Source of the DNA: an uncultured virus (IMG/VR IMGVR_UViG_3300037297_000216) | Taxonomy: Duplodnaviria; Heunggongvirae; Uroviricota; Caudoviricetes; Crassvirales | Reading direction: 5' to 3' (one strand) | DNA length: 64,000 nucleotides | Virus record (IMG/VR): IMGVR_UViG_3300037297_000216 | In this document: piece after piece, positions 8,675 to 18,893 of the stretch | Layout of the letters: each line of letters starts with the position of its first letter | Position numbering within the stretch: position 1 is the stretch's first letter | Translations under genes and position numbers: made by a program | Notes under the pieces: model-generated | What the model saw: only the letters and a program-made list of their open reading frames with translations | Databases searched by the model: none | What the model was told of the DNA's origin: nothing

Positions 8675-10978
8675 TTACTTTTTATTATTATTTTTATTCA
8701 TTCTACTTATATTTTCTTGGGCTCGATTTCTACGTTCTGTTTCAATTTGTTTTCTTTCCTCAAGCCTAAGAGATTGCTCTTGTTTACTCTTTTGTAAATC
8801 TACTTTTTCTCGATCTAAACTTCCATCATCAGAACTTTCACGGATATAAGCTACTCGAAGCTCTGTTTCAGCTCTTCTTATAGAATCTTCTTCTTTAATA
8901 TCTAATTCCCTCTCTTTTAAAGCATTCTGATTTTGAGCTATTAATTCTTGAGATTTCAATGCTTGCTGTTCTAATTGTTTTCTCATTAACTCAGTCTTTT
9001 CTAATTTCTGCTTTATTTCTGACATATTGTCACTAGTAATTATTTCTGCAATATCTAATAAACTAGCTCCGTTTTGTACAGCTGCTTGAGTAAGAGATTT
9101 CAATGATTCCAAATTGGTATTTTCTTTAGTAGAATCTGTTACAAAAACACCATGATCTGAATACAAAAAATCTTCACTAATATCTAACAGTACTCTTTCT
9201 GGTCCCGGTAAAACAAAATTAAGTTTTTTAACTTCAGAAACTCTCCAAGCATATTTTGCTACATTTAACAAATAATTAAAAAAATTCTTTTTTGCCTGAG
9301 TATGTCTCCAAAATAAATGTTCAGTAATATGTGAAGATTGTACTATTTCCTGTCTAACATTTCCGACCAAAGAACTTTGATGAATTTGTCCTTGTCTAGC
9401 TTTTGAAACACCAGACATTTCCCCAATCATTTCTTCGATTTTATTAAGTAATTCGATATATTCCCTTATTATATTTTGCATACTTAAATCAACTGAAGTA
9501 ATTTGATTAAAACTAGCAGGTTTTCCTCCTTCTCTGCCAGGAATATCCCAACCTTCATCATAAGGATTTACAAAAACAACTCCCATAGAACTCAAATAAT
9601 GCATCCACTGCATCACATCAATCCCTTGAGACTTAGGAATCTGAGTCATATCCATCAACAAAACTTTACCTTTATCCCTAGCTAAAGTTAACTCTAACCT
9701 ATAAAATACAATAAGATACATATATTGTAAAGGCTTCATAATCATTGCCAAAGATTTACCCGAACTATTATTGTTACTATAGACTACTCCAGTATAAGGT
9801 AGCTTTTTAGCATTAGGGTTATCTATAGAAGTATATTGATATTCTAAAGGTTTTATACCTAAATATAAATCTTGTCCTACCCTATAACCTTCCCACAATT
9901 CAATTATCCAATCCCATTCTATATTATCACCTTCACTTTTCTTATAGGTTTCATCAACAATAGTAGAAATCATTTCTCCATTTTCATCGACAGTAGTAAG
10001 AAATCCTACTTTTTTAAAAGATTTCCACACAGTATGCCAAACTGGTAATAATAATCCTGTACTATGTTCTTCCTCGTTACCAACAAAAAATGAATTTAAA
10101 TCTTTATATACTATATAATTTGTATTTATACTATCCCCAGAACCTGTTGGAATAGAAGACCCTTGTTGACTATTAACTTCCTCAAGAAGTTGATCTAAAT
10201 CATCTTCGTCCATAATATCATAAAATCTATCATAAACAGCAGAAGGAGTCATCCTCATTCTTCGAATAACCCATTCCCCATCCTCAATATTTTTTAAGTC
10301 AGGGTCTCTATCATAGCTTACAGTTATAGGATTAACTCTTTCCCCAAAAGGTTCACCATTAACTATACCACTATAATAAATTTCTTCACCGGCTACAAGA
10401 GCATCTTCCCATCCTTTTAACAATTCATCTGAAAGATTCAGTTGTTCTTTCAAATATCTTAAAGAATTATAAGCAGTCCTTTCTGAAGGATTATAATATT
10501 TACTTTTTACATATCCTTGTATTTCAGAAAGTTCCTCCCTAAGTCTTTGTACTTCTTCTTCTGAATTTTCCTCAGATCCTAACAAAATATGAGATTCCAA
10601 AGTATCATATAAAAGACGCTTTTGTTCCTCCTCAGCATCTACAAAAGCAGATTCCCCTACTTGAAATACTAATAAATTAGTAGGACGTTTGGTTTCTTCC
10701 CCTATTAAAAGCTCTATTTTAGGACGAATAATATTAATGTCTTGAATAGTAGCAGGAAAACCATCTTCAACTTTATAAGGATCAACCACATATTTTAAAT
10801 CTCTTTCATCAAACACACTGTTCATAAGATCATAACAGATCTTCATTTCAGAATGTCTGATAGAAAATCCTGCTTCTCTACCTATTAACGAATCTACACA
10901 AGCTTTTTTCCATTCTTCATTCTTCTTAGATAAAGGAAGTTTTTGAACAGGAAAATTCGTAATTTTATTACTAGTCAT
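8675..10978 (-). CDS. Portal protein (crAss-like)
   Basis: 767 aa; PVQKLPLSKK N-terminus, NIIRPKIELLIGEE, KPLQYMY, RDKGKV, GVSKARQGQI; follows terminase. Confidence 0.9.
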   Translation of the reverse strand: MTSNKITNFPVQKLPLSKKNEEWKKACVDSLIGREAGFSIRHSEMKICYDLMNSVFDERDLKYVVDPYKVEDGFPATIQDINIIRPKIELLIGEETKRPTNLLVFQVGESAFVDAEEEQKRLLYDTLESHILLGSEENSEEEVQRLREELSEIQGYVKSKYYNPSERTAYNSLRYLKEQLNLSDELLKGWEDALVAGEEIYYSGIVNGEPFGERVNPITVSYDRDPDLKNIEDGEWVIRRMRMTPSAVYDRFYDIMDEDDLDQLLEEVNSQQGSSIPTGSGDSINTNYIVYKDLNSFFVGNEEEHSTGLLLPVWHTVWKSFKKVGFLTTVDENGEMISTIVDETYKKSEGDNIEWDWIIELWEGYRVGQDLYLGIKPLEYQYTSIDNPNAKKLPYTGVVYSNNNSSGKSLAMIMKPLQYMYLIVFYRLELTLARDKGKVLLMDMTQIPKSQGIDVMQWMHYLSSMGVVFVNPYDEGWDIPGREGGKPASFNQITSVDLSMQNIIREYIELLNKIEEMIGEMSGVSKARQGQIHQSSLVGNVRQEIVQSSHITEHLFWRHTQAKKNFFNYLLNVAKYAWRVSEVKKLNFVLPGPERVLLDISEDFLYSDHGVFVTDSTKENTNLESLKSLTQAAVQNGASLLDIAEIITSDNMSEIKQKLEKTELMRKQLEQQALKSQELIAQNQNALKERELDIKEEDSIRRAETELRVAYIRESSDDGSLDREKVDLQKSKQEQSLRLEERKQIETERRNRAQENISRMNKNNNKK

Positions 10979-10979
10979 T

Positions 10980-12974
10980 TTAATTTAAATAATGATATGA
11001 ATTATATCTATATATACCATCTGGAAATAATCTATTAGTATAATAAGTTTCTTCTTCTTTCTTTTTTACATTAATATCATGTAACTCTTCTTTATAAATC
11101 ATCACACAAAACATTGCCACCACTCTGTCAAAATTACCTTTATCATTATAAGCAATCAACTCTTCTAATAAGGGTTCAGATAGTATCTTAGTTAAATTTA
11201 GCTTACCAGGCTCATACTCTTCTATCAACCAATCTCTAAGTCTTCCTTCAGCCCAATCTTTTATATCTACAGTCATATGAGTTCCTTTAGATCTCTGAAC
11301 TTTACTATCTTTTACAATTTTAGAAATTATATTAGGCTGATCAGCTAACAAATATTCGACATGTTTGTTTCTAAAATAAACTGATAAACCAGGATTTTGA
11401 TTTTCATATAACAAAGTAGCATTATAATACTTTAAAAGCTTCAAAACGTTTTCATAAAAATCATTTGCTGTTTCTGGCCTACCTGTATATTCAGCTACAA
11501 CCGTATCATAAAAACGTTCAAAACTTTGGAATCTTTTATATATAAAAACAGAACCTAAAGAATTAGTACCAGACTTATCATGATCATAAGGGTCTGCTCC
11601 AGCTATATAAGTTCCATAAGGAGAATCTTCATCTGGATGTTCCCATATAACTACCGCTCCTTTAGGATCACAGCCTTTTCCGACTCTATACGAAGTAAGA
11701 TCACAAGGTACAACCATTTGCTCCCATTTTATCAAACCGTCTTTATCGTATAGTAATCTACCAACTTGTTTAAAATCTTTAATCTTTGAATTCGTCCTTA
11801 TATAAGCCAAATGTTTAGTTAATTCTGCTTTTGGAAATATATTACCGCTTACTTGAAGGGTAGCTTCTTGAGGATTAAATGGATATTCACATATGAACTT
11901 ATCAACAACTGATCTATCTGTAGCATTTTTTATTACCTTTTCTCTTTCATTTAAAGAATACTTAACTGACTTATCAAACAAAGTATTACCATCATCATCC
12001 ATATATGTTTTAGAAATATTCATATAAGTAGGAACAAAAAATCCACAAGGTTTATTTGCCCCCTCATCCCAAATATTTTCTATAGGTAAAACCCCATATA
12101 CTTCAGGTTCATAAAATAAATCTTTTAATCCTTCATAATCAGCGTCTTCTGTACCTCCAGTCCCAAATGCAATCATCAATCCATGAACTGATTCTCCTTG
12201 TTCAACAGAAGGTCTTGCAGTAATCCAAGCAGATTTTAAATTGGGCAATTTACCCGCTTCTTCAAATACAATTAATTTTCCACTTTTTCCTCGAACTTTA
12301 TGAACATCATTTTTTAAAGTAACTCCTATTATTTCTGATTTATACCCTAATTCTGTTTTAACTCCTTCAGCATCAATCACAAAAGAAGCTCTTTTATGCA
12401 TTTTTGTATCTATTTTTTGTCTTTTCTTATACCATGCAGTATTCTCATCAACAAAATCCATTCCATCCCAAGCTTTAGTAAGTATGCCATCTTTTACTAA
12501 AAACTCATTCTCTGCAGCATAAGCGTATGATTTCGATTCTGGTATAAGAAAATAATTTCTACACATCATAGAAGCAATCTTATATGAATATCCTTTACGT
12601 CTCGCTTTTAAAACTGCTAAATGTTTTCCTATCTTTTCAGCTTCTTCAACTATATTAAAAAAAATATAATCATAATCATAAAAATCAGGAAAACCTCTTT
12701 TTTTAATAGCTTTGTCTGTAATAGGATCAATTACAATTTTTACGATAGGAAAGTAATTAAGATAATAATAATGATAACCAGTTATTTTCTCACCATCTTC
12801 TGCAGTATATCCTTCTATGCAACGATTTACTTCTCTATCCCAATACTCGATATAAGCAGTTGTACCTTTTGCTGTAGCTGTATAATATCCGTATTTTTCA
12901 AAATGAATAGCAGCCGGTCTAAATTTGTCACTATTTTTTATTTCCTTTGATTCTATTTTATAATAACCTTCCAT
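10980..12974 (-). CDS. terL: Terminase large subunit
   Basis: LKARRKGYS Walker A-like, VFEEAG Walker B, FGTGG, RNase H-like GADPYD, GNFDRV. Confidence 0.93.
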   Translation of the reverse strand: MEGYYKIESKEIKNSDKFRPAAIHFEKYGYYTATAKGTTAYIEYWDREVNRCIEGYTAEDGEKITGYHYYYLNYFPIVKIVIDPITDKAIKKRGFPDFYDYDYIFFNIVEEAEKIGKHLAVLKARRKGYSYKIASMMCRNYFLIPESKSYAYAAENEFLVKDGILTKAWDGMDFVDENTAWYKKRQKIDTKMHKRASFVIDAEGVKTELGYKSEIIGVTLKNDVHKVRGKSGKLIVFEEAGKLPNLKSAWITARPSVEQGESVHGLMIAFGTGGTEDADYEGLKDLFYEPEVYGVLPIENIWDEGANKPCGFFVPTYMNISKTYMDDDGNTLFDKSVKYSLNEREKVIKNATDRSVVDKFICEYPFNPQEATLQVSGNIFPKAELTKHLAYIRTNSKIKDFKQVGRLLYDKDGLIKWEQMVVPCDLTSYRVGKGCDPKGAVVIWEHPDEDSPYGTYIAGADPYDHDKSGTNSLGSVFIYKRFQSFERFYDTVVAEYTGRPETANDFYENVLKLLKYYNATLLYENQNPGLSVYFRNKHVEYLLADQPNIISKIVKDSKVQRSKGTHMTVDIKDWAEGRLRDWLIEEYEPGKLNLTKILSEPLLEELIAYNDKGNFDRVVAMFCVMIYKEELHDINVKKKEEETYYTNRLFPDGIYRYNSYHYLN

Positions 12975-13105
12975 TAATCTTTATTATCTTCTATCACTTT
13001 TATTTCTGGATATTCTTTCTTTAACTCTTCTAAATACTCTGCAATACTTATACCAGCACAATAGGCCATTCTTATTAACTCACTATATTTTATACTTGTT
13101 ATCAT
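12974..13105 (-). CDS. Small hypothetical protein (43 aa, not in ORF track)
   Basis: MITSIKYSELIRMAYCAGISIAEYLEELKKEYPEIKVIEDNKD; ATGA and TAATG overlaps with both neighbours. Confidence 0.6.
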   Translation of the reverse strand: MITSIKYSELIRMAYCAGISIAEYLEELKKEYPEIKVIEDNKD

Positions 13106-13650
13106 TTTTTAGGAACTTCATATAATCCTATTTCTGTCTGTCCTCTAGCACTTTTTTCTTCTATCTCACTCCTCACTTGTTTGTTTAACATTGAAATTGA
13201 CTTAATTATATTACCAATTTTTTCTGCATTCTGAACTATATCTTTTATATTATAAAGAGGTTTACCAAAGTCATCAACAGCATCTAAATCTATTCGATTA
13301 TTATAAGCCGTAATCTCATCTTCTATATGTTCATAAGAACGAAGCATCCTTAAATGCCTCGTCTCCTGTAGTTGTTCATACTTATCTATAGCTTTCTTTA
13401 TTACCTCATCTGGTTTCCAATCTTCAGTCCCAAAAACATCCTTAATAATAGTTTTTTCTTTAACATCTTCACTTAAATCTCTATAAGGAGAATTAAACGC
13501 ACATAAAAAAACTATATAGGATACTTCATTATAAGCTTTCTCTTTACTAACTGATTTATCCCTATTCCAAACTTTAGCAATCTGAGGAATAGCTAATACA
13601 TCAGGATCTAATATTATTTTAGATTGTACTATATCAAATAACTTAGCCAC
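13102..13650 (-). CDS. Conserved protein upstream of terL (candidate terminase small subunit)
   Basis: 182 aa helical protein in the usual crAss position; function inferred from synteny only. Confidence 0.45.
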   Translation of the reverse strand: MAKLFDIVQSKIILDPDVLAIPQIAKVWNRDKSVSKEKAYNEVSYIVFLCAFNSPYRDLSEDVKEKTIIKDVFGTEDWKPDEVIKKAIDKYEQLQETRHLRMLRSYEHIEDEITAYNNRIDLDAVDDFGKPLYNIKDIVQNAEKIGNIIKSISMLNKQVRSEIEEKSARGQTEIGLYEVPKK

Positions 13651-13853
13651 TATCTAAATCCTATATTTTTACCATCATTAGAACTTTTTAAAGCTTTTCG
13701 ATTATATGACCACCTAAACTTAAAAATACCTAGTAATCTACTAGTCTTTTCCCACTTATAATCATAATTACCTATATCCCTAGCAGCCTCTTCATTATGA
13801 AAACAATATTCTTCTTCAGTGTGTCGCTTAAATATATTCATATTATTATACAA
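13650..13853 (-). CDS. Hypothetical protein
   Basis: 67 aa ORF coupled to next gene. Confidence 0.5.
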   Translation of the reverse strand: MYNNMNIFKRHTEEEYCFHNEEAARDIGNYDYKWEKTSRLLGIFKFRWSYNRKALKSSNDGKNIGFR

Positions 13854-13898
13854 TTAATATTAAAAATAAGTTGTAAAAACAGTTGTAAAAAAATATAA

Positions 13899-14114
13899 CT
13901 ATTCTTTCTTTCTCCATTTCATCCAACAAAATGCTCCAATATATCTTAATCTTATAGGAGTAACATCTTCTTTATCTTTCATCTTATCAGCTACAAAACG
14001 AAAAGGATGACTAACAATAAAGTTAACCACCCTCATATCCATCTTCTCTTCGTCTGATATCTCCTTTACAAATTTATAATGTTTCTTATTATACCTACTT
14101 ATAAACTTAAACAT
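13899..14114 (-). CDS. Small HU/IHF-like DNA-binding protein
   Basis: Two helices then IRLRYIGAF (HU-like I.l.gfG.F turn). Confidence 0.45.
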   Translation of the reverse strand: MFKFISRYNKKHYKFVKEISDEEKMDMRVVNFIVSHPFRFVADKMKDKEDVTPIRLRYIGAFCWMKWRKKE

Positions 14115-14670
14115 TTTTAATTTTATATTTATTACTAAGTTCTAAATCTAATGGATTTGTAGACCAAGGTCTTTCAAACATATCATATCTAGCTTTATTT
14201 GCAAAAGTTGCAACAGCTTCAGTACAATGCATTCTATCATCATCTTTATCTCCTTTACTTCGCCAAACATCGTATCCTTTCTTACTAAGTATAGCCCTAG
14301 CATGAAATAAAATATCAGCATATCCATATCGAGTAGGAATCATAACTGATTTCAAAGCAGCTTTATTAAACCTCTCTTTTTCTGCTTTACTAAACGATTT
14401 CTTAGGAGTAAGAATAATAATATCCTTCCATTTTTTATCTGGATAGGCTTTTTCTATTGGCTGTATATTCATGCCATCAGCTAATGCTTCAACAACATAT
14501 ACCTGACCCCACATCTCTATTATTGCAAAAGCATGATTATATAACTTCTCTCTTTCTGGAAGTCCCAACTTTCTAGCATACTTTTTCATAAAAAGTTGAA
14601 TTGCCTTTGCAATAAAACTAGATCCATGATATAAACCAATATCGCCTACACTTAATTTATCTTTATTCAT
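14107..14670 (-). CDS. Permuted papain-like (YiiX/YaeF, C92) amidase/peptidase
   Basis: GDIGL start, YNHA His, VVEA, Y-G-Y, HCTEAV Cys (His before Cys = permuted NlpC/P60). Confidence 0.75.
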   Translation of the reverse strand: MNKDKLSVGDIGLYHGSSFIAKAIQLFMKKYARKLGLPEREKLYNHAFAIIEMWGQVYVVEALADGMNIQPIEKAYPDKKWKDIIILTPKKSFSKAEKERFNKAALKSVMIPTRYGYADILFHARAILSKKGYDVWRSKGDKDDDRMHCTEAVATFANKARYDMFERPWSTNPLDLELSNKYKIKNV

Positions 14671-15163
14671 TTATATATAACATTTTTAATAGTTTCTTTA
14701 ATTCACTCTTATTTTTTATATTTCCTACATATACAACTTCAGATTCTCCTTTTTTTATCTCTTCTTCTATTTTATTATAATTATCATTCCTATGTACTAT
14801 AATTTTATAATTATTATCCATTATAGGAACATGTAATGTACAGTACAAATAATAAGGAATTGAACCAAGAAGAGTATCTTTTAAATAATAATCATGCCAC
14901 CCAACCCAATTATTTTTTTCCATCTTTTTAAAACCTAAGTTCTCAATGTCTTCTCTGTCTAAGTATTTAACTCTAATTTCCCCACTATCTATCTCAGATT
15001 GAAGAGTATATTCATAAAGTTCACCATCCATCCCCACATCTACATACTCATTAAACGAATCAAATATAAAAGTTCTCCAATCACCTTTACGATCATAATT
15101 AGTCTGATACTCAAACCCAAAATAAAACTCGCTTATATCTGGAATATAGTATTTATCATTCAT
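14663..15163 (-). CDS. Hypothetical protein, paralog of 18477..18893
   Basis: Shared DKYYxPDISEFYxGFE, RVKYLDxEDIExLGFK, NKSELKKLLK blocks. Confidence 0.7.
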   Translation of the reverse strand: MNDKYYIPDISEFYFGFEYQTNYDRKGDWRTFIFDSFNEYVDVGMDGELYEYTLQSEIDSGEIRVKYLDREDIENLGFKKMEKNNWVGWHDYYLKDTLLGSIPYYLYCTLHVPIMDNNYKIIVHRNDNYNKIEEEIKKGESEVVYVGNIKNKSELKKLLKMLYINE

Positions 15164-15536
15164 CTATTTCAAATGTAAAAATTAAACTTACTGTTTTACT
15201 ATCAAAGAATAGGGGTCTCATAATATTATCATTAACTCGCCAATTAATACCGTTGTCAGAAACAAGAGCATTGGTTTTTTTAAGACTTTTTATATATCTT
15301 GACAAGTTAGCTTTATTTATCAAAGTTTCACTTATTATCAGTCGTCTATTTTCTTTACTTACCAAATCATAATCCTTACCTTCAAAAGAATGGTATTCCG
15401 TTCTTTGGTTATAGTCTAATTTTACAAAAACAGCAAAAACATCCAATTCTCTTTCAGATAGTTTATGAAACCCATTGAACAATGTTACATACTCTTTATA
15501 TAATCTATTTCTCCTTATTTTCTTCTTGAATATCAT
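15156..15536 (-). CDS. Winged-HTH (RepL-like) DNA-binding protein
   Basis: LSERELDVF, ISETLINKANLSRYIKSLKK HTH followed by beta wing. Confidence 0.55.
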   Translation of the reverse strand: MIFKKKIRRNRLYKEYVTLFNGFHKLSERELDVFAVFVKLDYNQRTEYHSFEGKDYDLVSKENRRLIISETLINKANLSRYIKSLKKTNALVSDNGINWRVNDNIMRPLFFDSKTVSLIFTFEIDE

Positions 15537-15879
15537 TTTTAATTTCCTCCTTTTTACCTACATTTTCTTCCTTTTCCTCTTGAGGAGGATTTACAGAAGG
15601 TACAAAATGAAGAGATAAAATAGCAGCACAATGACCACAAGATAAACTAATAGCATGAGCATTATTACACATTAAAGGAAACGTTAATCCTCCCTTTATA
15701 TTCTGAAATCTCTTATCTGGAACAAGAGTTTCTTTTCCACAAACATGACAATATACAGAAAGATCTCCATATTCATAAGAAACTATCTCTAATTTCTTTT
15801 CCTCCTTTTGTTCATCTTGTGAAACTTCAGAAGATTCTGCTACCGGTTCTTGTATTTGTTCTTTAACTTTTTTACTCAT
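15505..15879 (-). CDS. Zinc-ribbon protein
   Basis: CHVCG and CGHC pairs. Confidence 0.55.
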   Translation of the reverse strand: MSKKVKEQIQEPVAESSEVSQDEQKEEKKLEIVSYEYGDLSVYCHVCGKETLVPDKRFQNIKGGLTFPLMCNNAHAISLSCGHCAAILSLHFVPSVNPPQEEKEENVGKKEEIKNDIQEENKEK

Positions 15880-15885
15880 AATTAA

Positions 15886-16236
15886 TTATTTAATTGTATC
15901 TGAAGTACTTTTTGGAATTATAATAAATACTCCATCAAATATTTTTAATATACTATCTTGTTTAGATACCACAACACTTAAACTATCAGCATAGTCTTTT
16001 AACTCATTATACTCAACACTTAATTCAGGACTAGTAGTAACAAGAGTAAATAAAGCAGCTCCCAACGCAGTATGAGATACTGCACGATGCCAATATTCTT
16101 TTACATATTTCCATAATCCAGATTTAACCAAAAAAGCTACAACTTTCTTAGCAATCTTAACTATCTGTTCTTTCTTGTTTAAAGCAACTTTAGGTTCTTT
16201 TATTGCCTTAACAACTTCTTTTTCCTTTTTATCCAT
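15886..16236 (-). CDS. Hypothetical protein with hydrophobic segment
   Basis: 116 aa ORF in operon; TALGAALFTLV. Confidence 0.5.
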   Translation of the reverse strand: MDKKEKEVVKAIKEPKVALNKKEQIVKIAKKVVAFLVKSGLWKYVKEYWHRAVSHTALGAALFTLVTTSPELSVEYNELKDYADSLSVVVSKQDSILKIFDGVFIIIPKSTSDTIK

Positions 16237-16646
16237 TATTCAATATTCTTTACTTTAGCAACAATATCGTATCTCTTAAGTAGTACAGGACATTTATCAT
16301 CAGGATCTTTATTAGTAAGTAAATCAAACTTTACTGCCGATTTCTCGGCGTAAACAACCCAATCACCCTCTTTGAATACTTCTATTTCTTCAGGACAAAG
16401 AGCCGAAGTACCTGGTTGATAATTATTAACAAGCTTTGTACCTCTTCCTTTCAATATTTGTCCAACCCTAAAAGCAGTCCTTACCTTTTCCTTGACAGTC
16501 TTTACTTCTCGTATATCGTCTATAGTCTTATCTATATTTTTCTCATCATCAGGAACCTGCATTTCACATATTACTTTTTTAACAGGGCCTGGTTGAACCA
16601 AGATTCTTTCATCAATCGGTTCATACTCTAATTGTTTAAAATTCAT
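16236..16646 (-). CDS. groES: GroES-like co-chaperonin
   Basis: EPIDERILVQ, KEGDWVVY, LLKRYDIVAKV match cpn10 pattern, with enlarged mobile-loop region. Confidence 0.7.
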   Translation of the reverse strand: MNFKQLEYEPIDERILVQPGPVKKVICEMQVPDDEKNIDKTIDDIREVKTVKEKVRTAFRVGQILKGRGTKLVNNYQPGTSALCPEEIEVFKEGDWVVYAEKSAVKFDLLTNKDPDDKCPVLLKRYDIVAKVKNIE

Positions 16647-17184
16647 AATAATTCTTTTAATTTTTCAATCATTTCTTCTATATCTTCTTTTTCATATACA
16701 AGAAACTGTCTTTCATAGTCAAACATTCCATCTCTCTCTAAAATATGAAAATCAGCCTTTATAGACTCTCCCTTTTCCATTTTCTCCATCACCTCAGCAT
16801 ACTGTAAAAACTCTCCTTCATATTCTTGTTTTGGATTATCCAGCATATCAGAGTAAAACCAATCTTTACCTTTATTTGTAGTTTCTCCTTTTACCTTCAA
16901 TCCATCCGTATAACAAGGAGCATAAAATGAATATAAAGTCTTTTCTGGTAAAGACACAAATGTATCATAATCTACAATCTTCATATCGAAAATTTTAATT
17001 CTAATTCTTTCCTAATTGCTTTATTCAATAGTTCTAATAAATTTAATAAAGATGTAGCCTTTAAAACAGGAAATTCAATCAAAGTTTCCTCATTTTCTAC
17101 TTTAGAAACTGAAGGTTCTAACGATTCAAACTCTGCTAAAGCCGCTACATACTCTTTACCATTATTTATCACTTCTATTATCAC
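16643..17184 (-). CDS. Two hypothetical proteins (16643..16984; 16981..17184)
   Basis: ATGA-coupled ORFs in operon. Confidence 0.55.
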
Positions 17185-17533
17185 AACCGTTATTACAAAT
17201 CGTTTCCGTATTTCTTTTATCTTTTATATAACCAGCCATAAGTATAGCATAATTAGCAAGATCTAATAGAGTATCTTCTATTGATTCATCTTTGACACTA
17301 AGTATACCTCGTTTAACAAATGTATTAATACGACTTATCTTATCCATCATACGAGTAAGAAACCCTTGTTCTATAGATGCTATACCACACTCTTCAACTA
17401 CTTTAAAATTACCAAAAGCATTTCTAGTATCATCAAATCCAGCATAATCTTTATTTTTAGCTGTAGTTATAGTTGTCATTTTATCACAACAATACTTATG
17501 AAACTTTAAATACTCTTCCCTATTCATTTCCAA
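17162..17533 (-). CDS. DUF1599 / nucleotide-modification-associated domain 1 protein
   Basis: KNKDYAG, AFGNF, RMMDKISR, DESIEDTLLDLANYAIL. Confidence 0.8.
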   Translation of the reverse strand: MEMNREEYLKFHKYCCDKMTTITTAKNKDYAGFDDTRNAFGNFKVVEECGIASIEQGFLTRMMDKISRINTFVKRGILSVKDESIEDTLLDLANYAILMAGYIKDKRNTETICNNGCDNRSDK

Positions 17534-17855
17534 AATATTCTTTTAAATCAACTATATTTTCAAAAACTGGTATACCCAATTCTTCAGCTATTGCTAATTC
17601 TCTTTTAGTACCTTTAGATGTCTCCCAACCTGGTACTAATATAACTGCATCTGCTTTAGCTAACCAAGGAAGATTATTATCAAAATAGTCACTATATAAT
17701 TCATAACCAAACTTAATACCCATTAATATATCTATAGCAGGCACAAAAACTGAAAACCCCAATTCTTTTACTGCTTGAGCTTGATCCATCATATTACTTA
17801 CATTTTTAATGTATTCAATAGTATCTGGGTCACTAAGCTTCCCTGCTATATACAG
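17520..17855 (-). CDS. Nucleoside 2-deoxyribosyltransferase-like (DUF4406/DUF1937-type) protein; true start ambiguous
   Basis: Frame extends upstream of track ATG to LYIAGKL; LAKADAVILVPGWETSKGTKRELAIAEELGIPVF. Confidence 0.7.
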   Translation of the reverse strand: MYIAGKLSDPDTIEYIKNVSNMMDQAQAVKELGFSVFVPAIDILMGIKFGYELYSDYFDNNLPWLAKADAVILVPGWETSKGTKRELAIAEELGIPVFENIVDLKEYFGNE

Positions 17856-17919
17856 CTTTTGTTTCTTCGATTAAATTTAAATCATCTTTTAACATAACTG
17901 TCAACTTATTAATAAAATG

Positions 17920-18483
17920 TTAAATAAACCAAAATCTCCAAGGGTTATAAAGTCTCCTTATTGTATTACCTCTTTCTATAAAATAACTATACAACCTATC
18001 TATATCATCACTAATCGAAATTAAACTAACTTCTTTTTTCCCTTCATTTACAGCTAACTCACAAGTCCCTACGTCTTCAACAATCTTTTTATCACAAAGA
18101 GATTCAATATAACTAGGAGAAAAAGTATAAGATACTTTATTAGTCTTACTATAATTACCTTTCTTTTCTTCTTTCACATCTTCATAAATATACATTCCAG
18201 TATTTGGATCATAATTGATCGACTCACCTACTTCCATCTTTAAACCACGAATTTTATTTAATAATATTACATCTTTATTCATATTCTTATTTTATTTTAA
18301 TTAAATGTTAAACCAAATTGACCATAATATAGAATTTATTATAGTAATCATAATTATCCTTAAATCATCAGTCTTATAATGCTTACTTAAACTTATACCA
18401 TACTCTATACTTGTAAATATAAACGTTAATAAAAAGTAAATAGATATACCTAATAATCCCATTTTAAATAATACACTTAGCAT
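17920..18483 (-). CDS. Two hypothetical proteins (17920..18282; 18301..18483, latter with two TM-like segments)
   Basis: ORF track; hydrophobicity. Confidence 0.55.
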
Positions 18484-18893
18484 ATATTCAATTGTTTTAA
18501 TAATTTCTTTAATTCACTTTTATTTTCTATTATACCACTGAATCGAGTTACATCCCCATTACCATTTATCGCAATCCTTAAATATTTAGAATCATAATCA
18601 TAATCACAGTAATGATTTTTATCTATATGTTCAAAATAATCTTCATTTAATCCTGCATGAGTTTTAATATATTTAAATCCTAAACTCTCTATATCTTCTT
18701 TATCTAAGTATTTAACTCTTAATTGACCATATTTTTCAAATTGATCATAACGTTCTAATATATATTTTAACCACTCTTTAGTAGTTATATAATATTCAAA
18801 ATCTGTATCAGACTGCTGGTATGCAGATTCAAATTCACATTCAAACCCAACATAAAACTCGCTTATATCTGGGGTATAATATTTATCTTCCAT
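18477..18893 (-). CDS. Hypothetical protein, paralog of 14663..15163
   Basis: Same three conserved blocks at protein and DNA level. Confidence 0.7.
   Translation of the reverse strand: MEDKYYTPDISEFYVGFECEFESAYQQSDTDFEYYITTKEWLKYILERYDQFEKYGQLRVKYLDKEDIESLGFKYIKTHAGLNEDYFEHIDKNHYCDYDYDSKYLRIAINGNGDVTRFSGIIENKSELKKLLKQLNIC

Noticed and set aside
6391..17688. Plus-strand track ORFs (6391, 8566, 8591, 8664, 9503, 12621, 16416, 17473)
   Set aside because: Antisense shadows of well-supported minus-strand genes with Phe/Ile/Ser-rich composition
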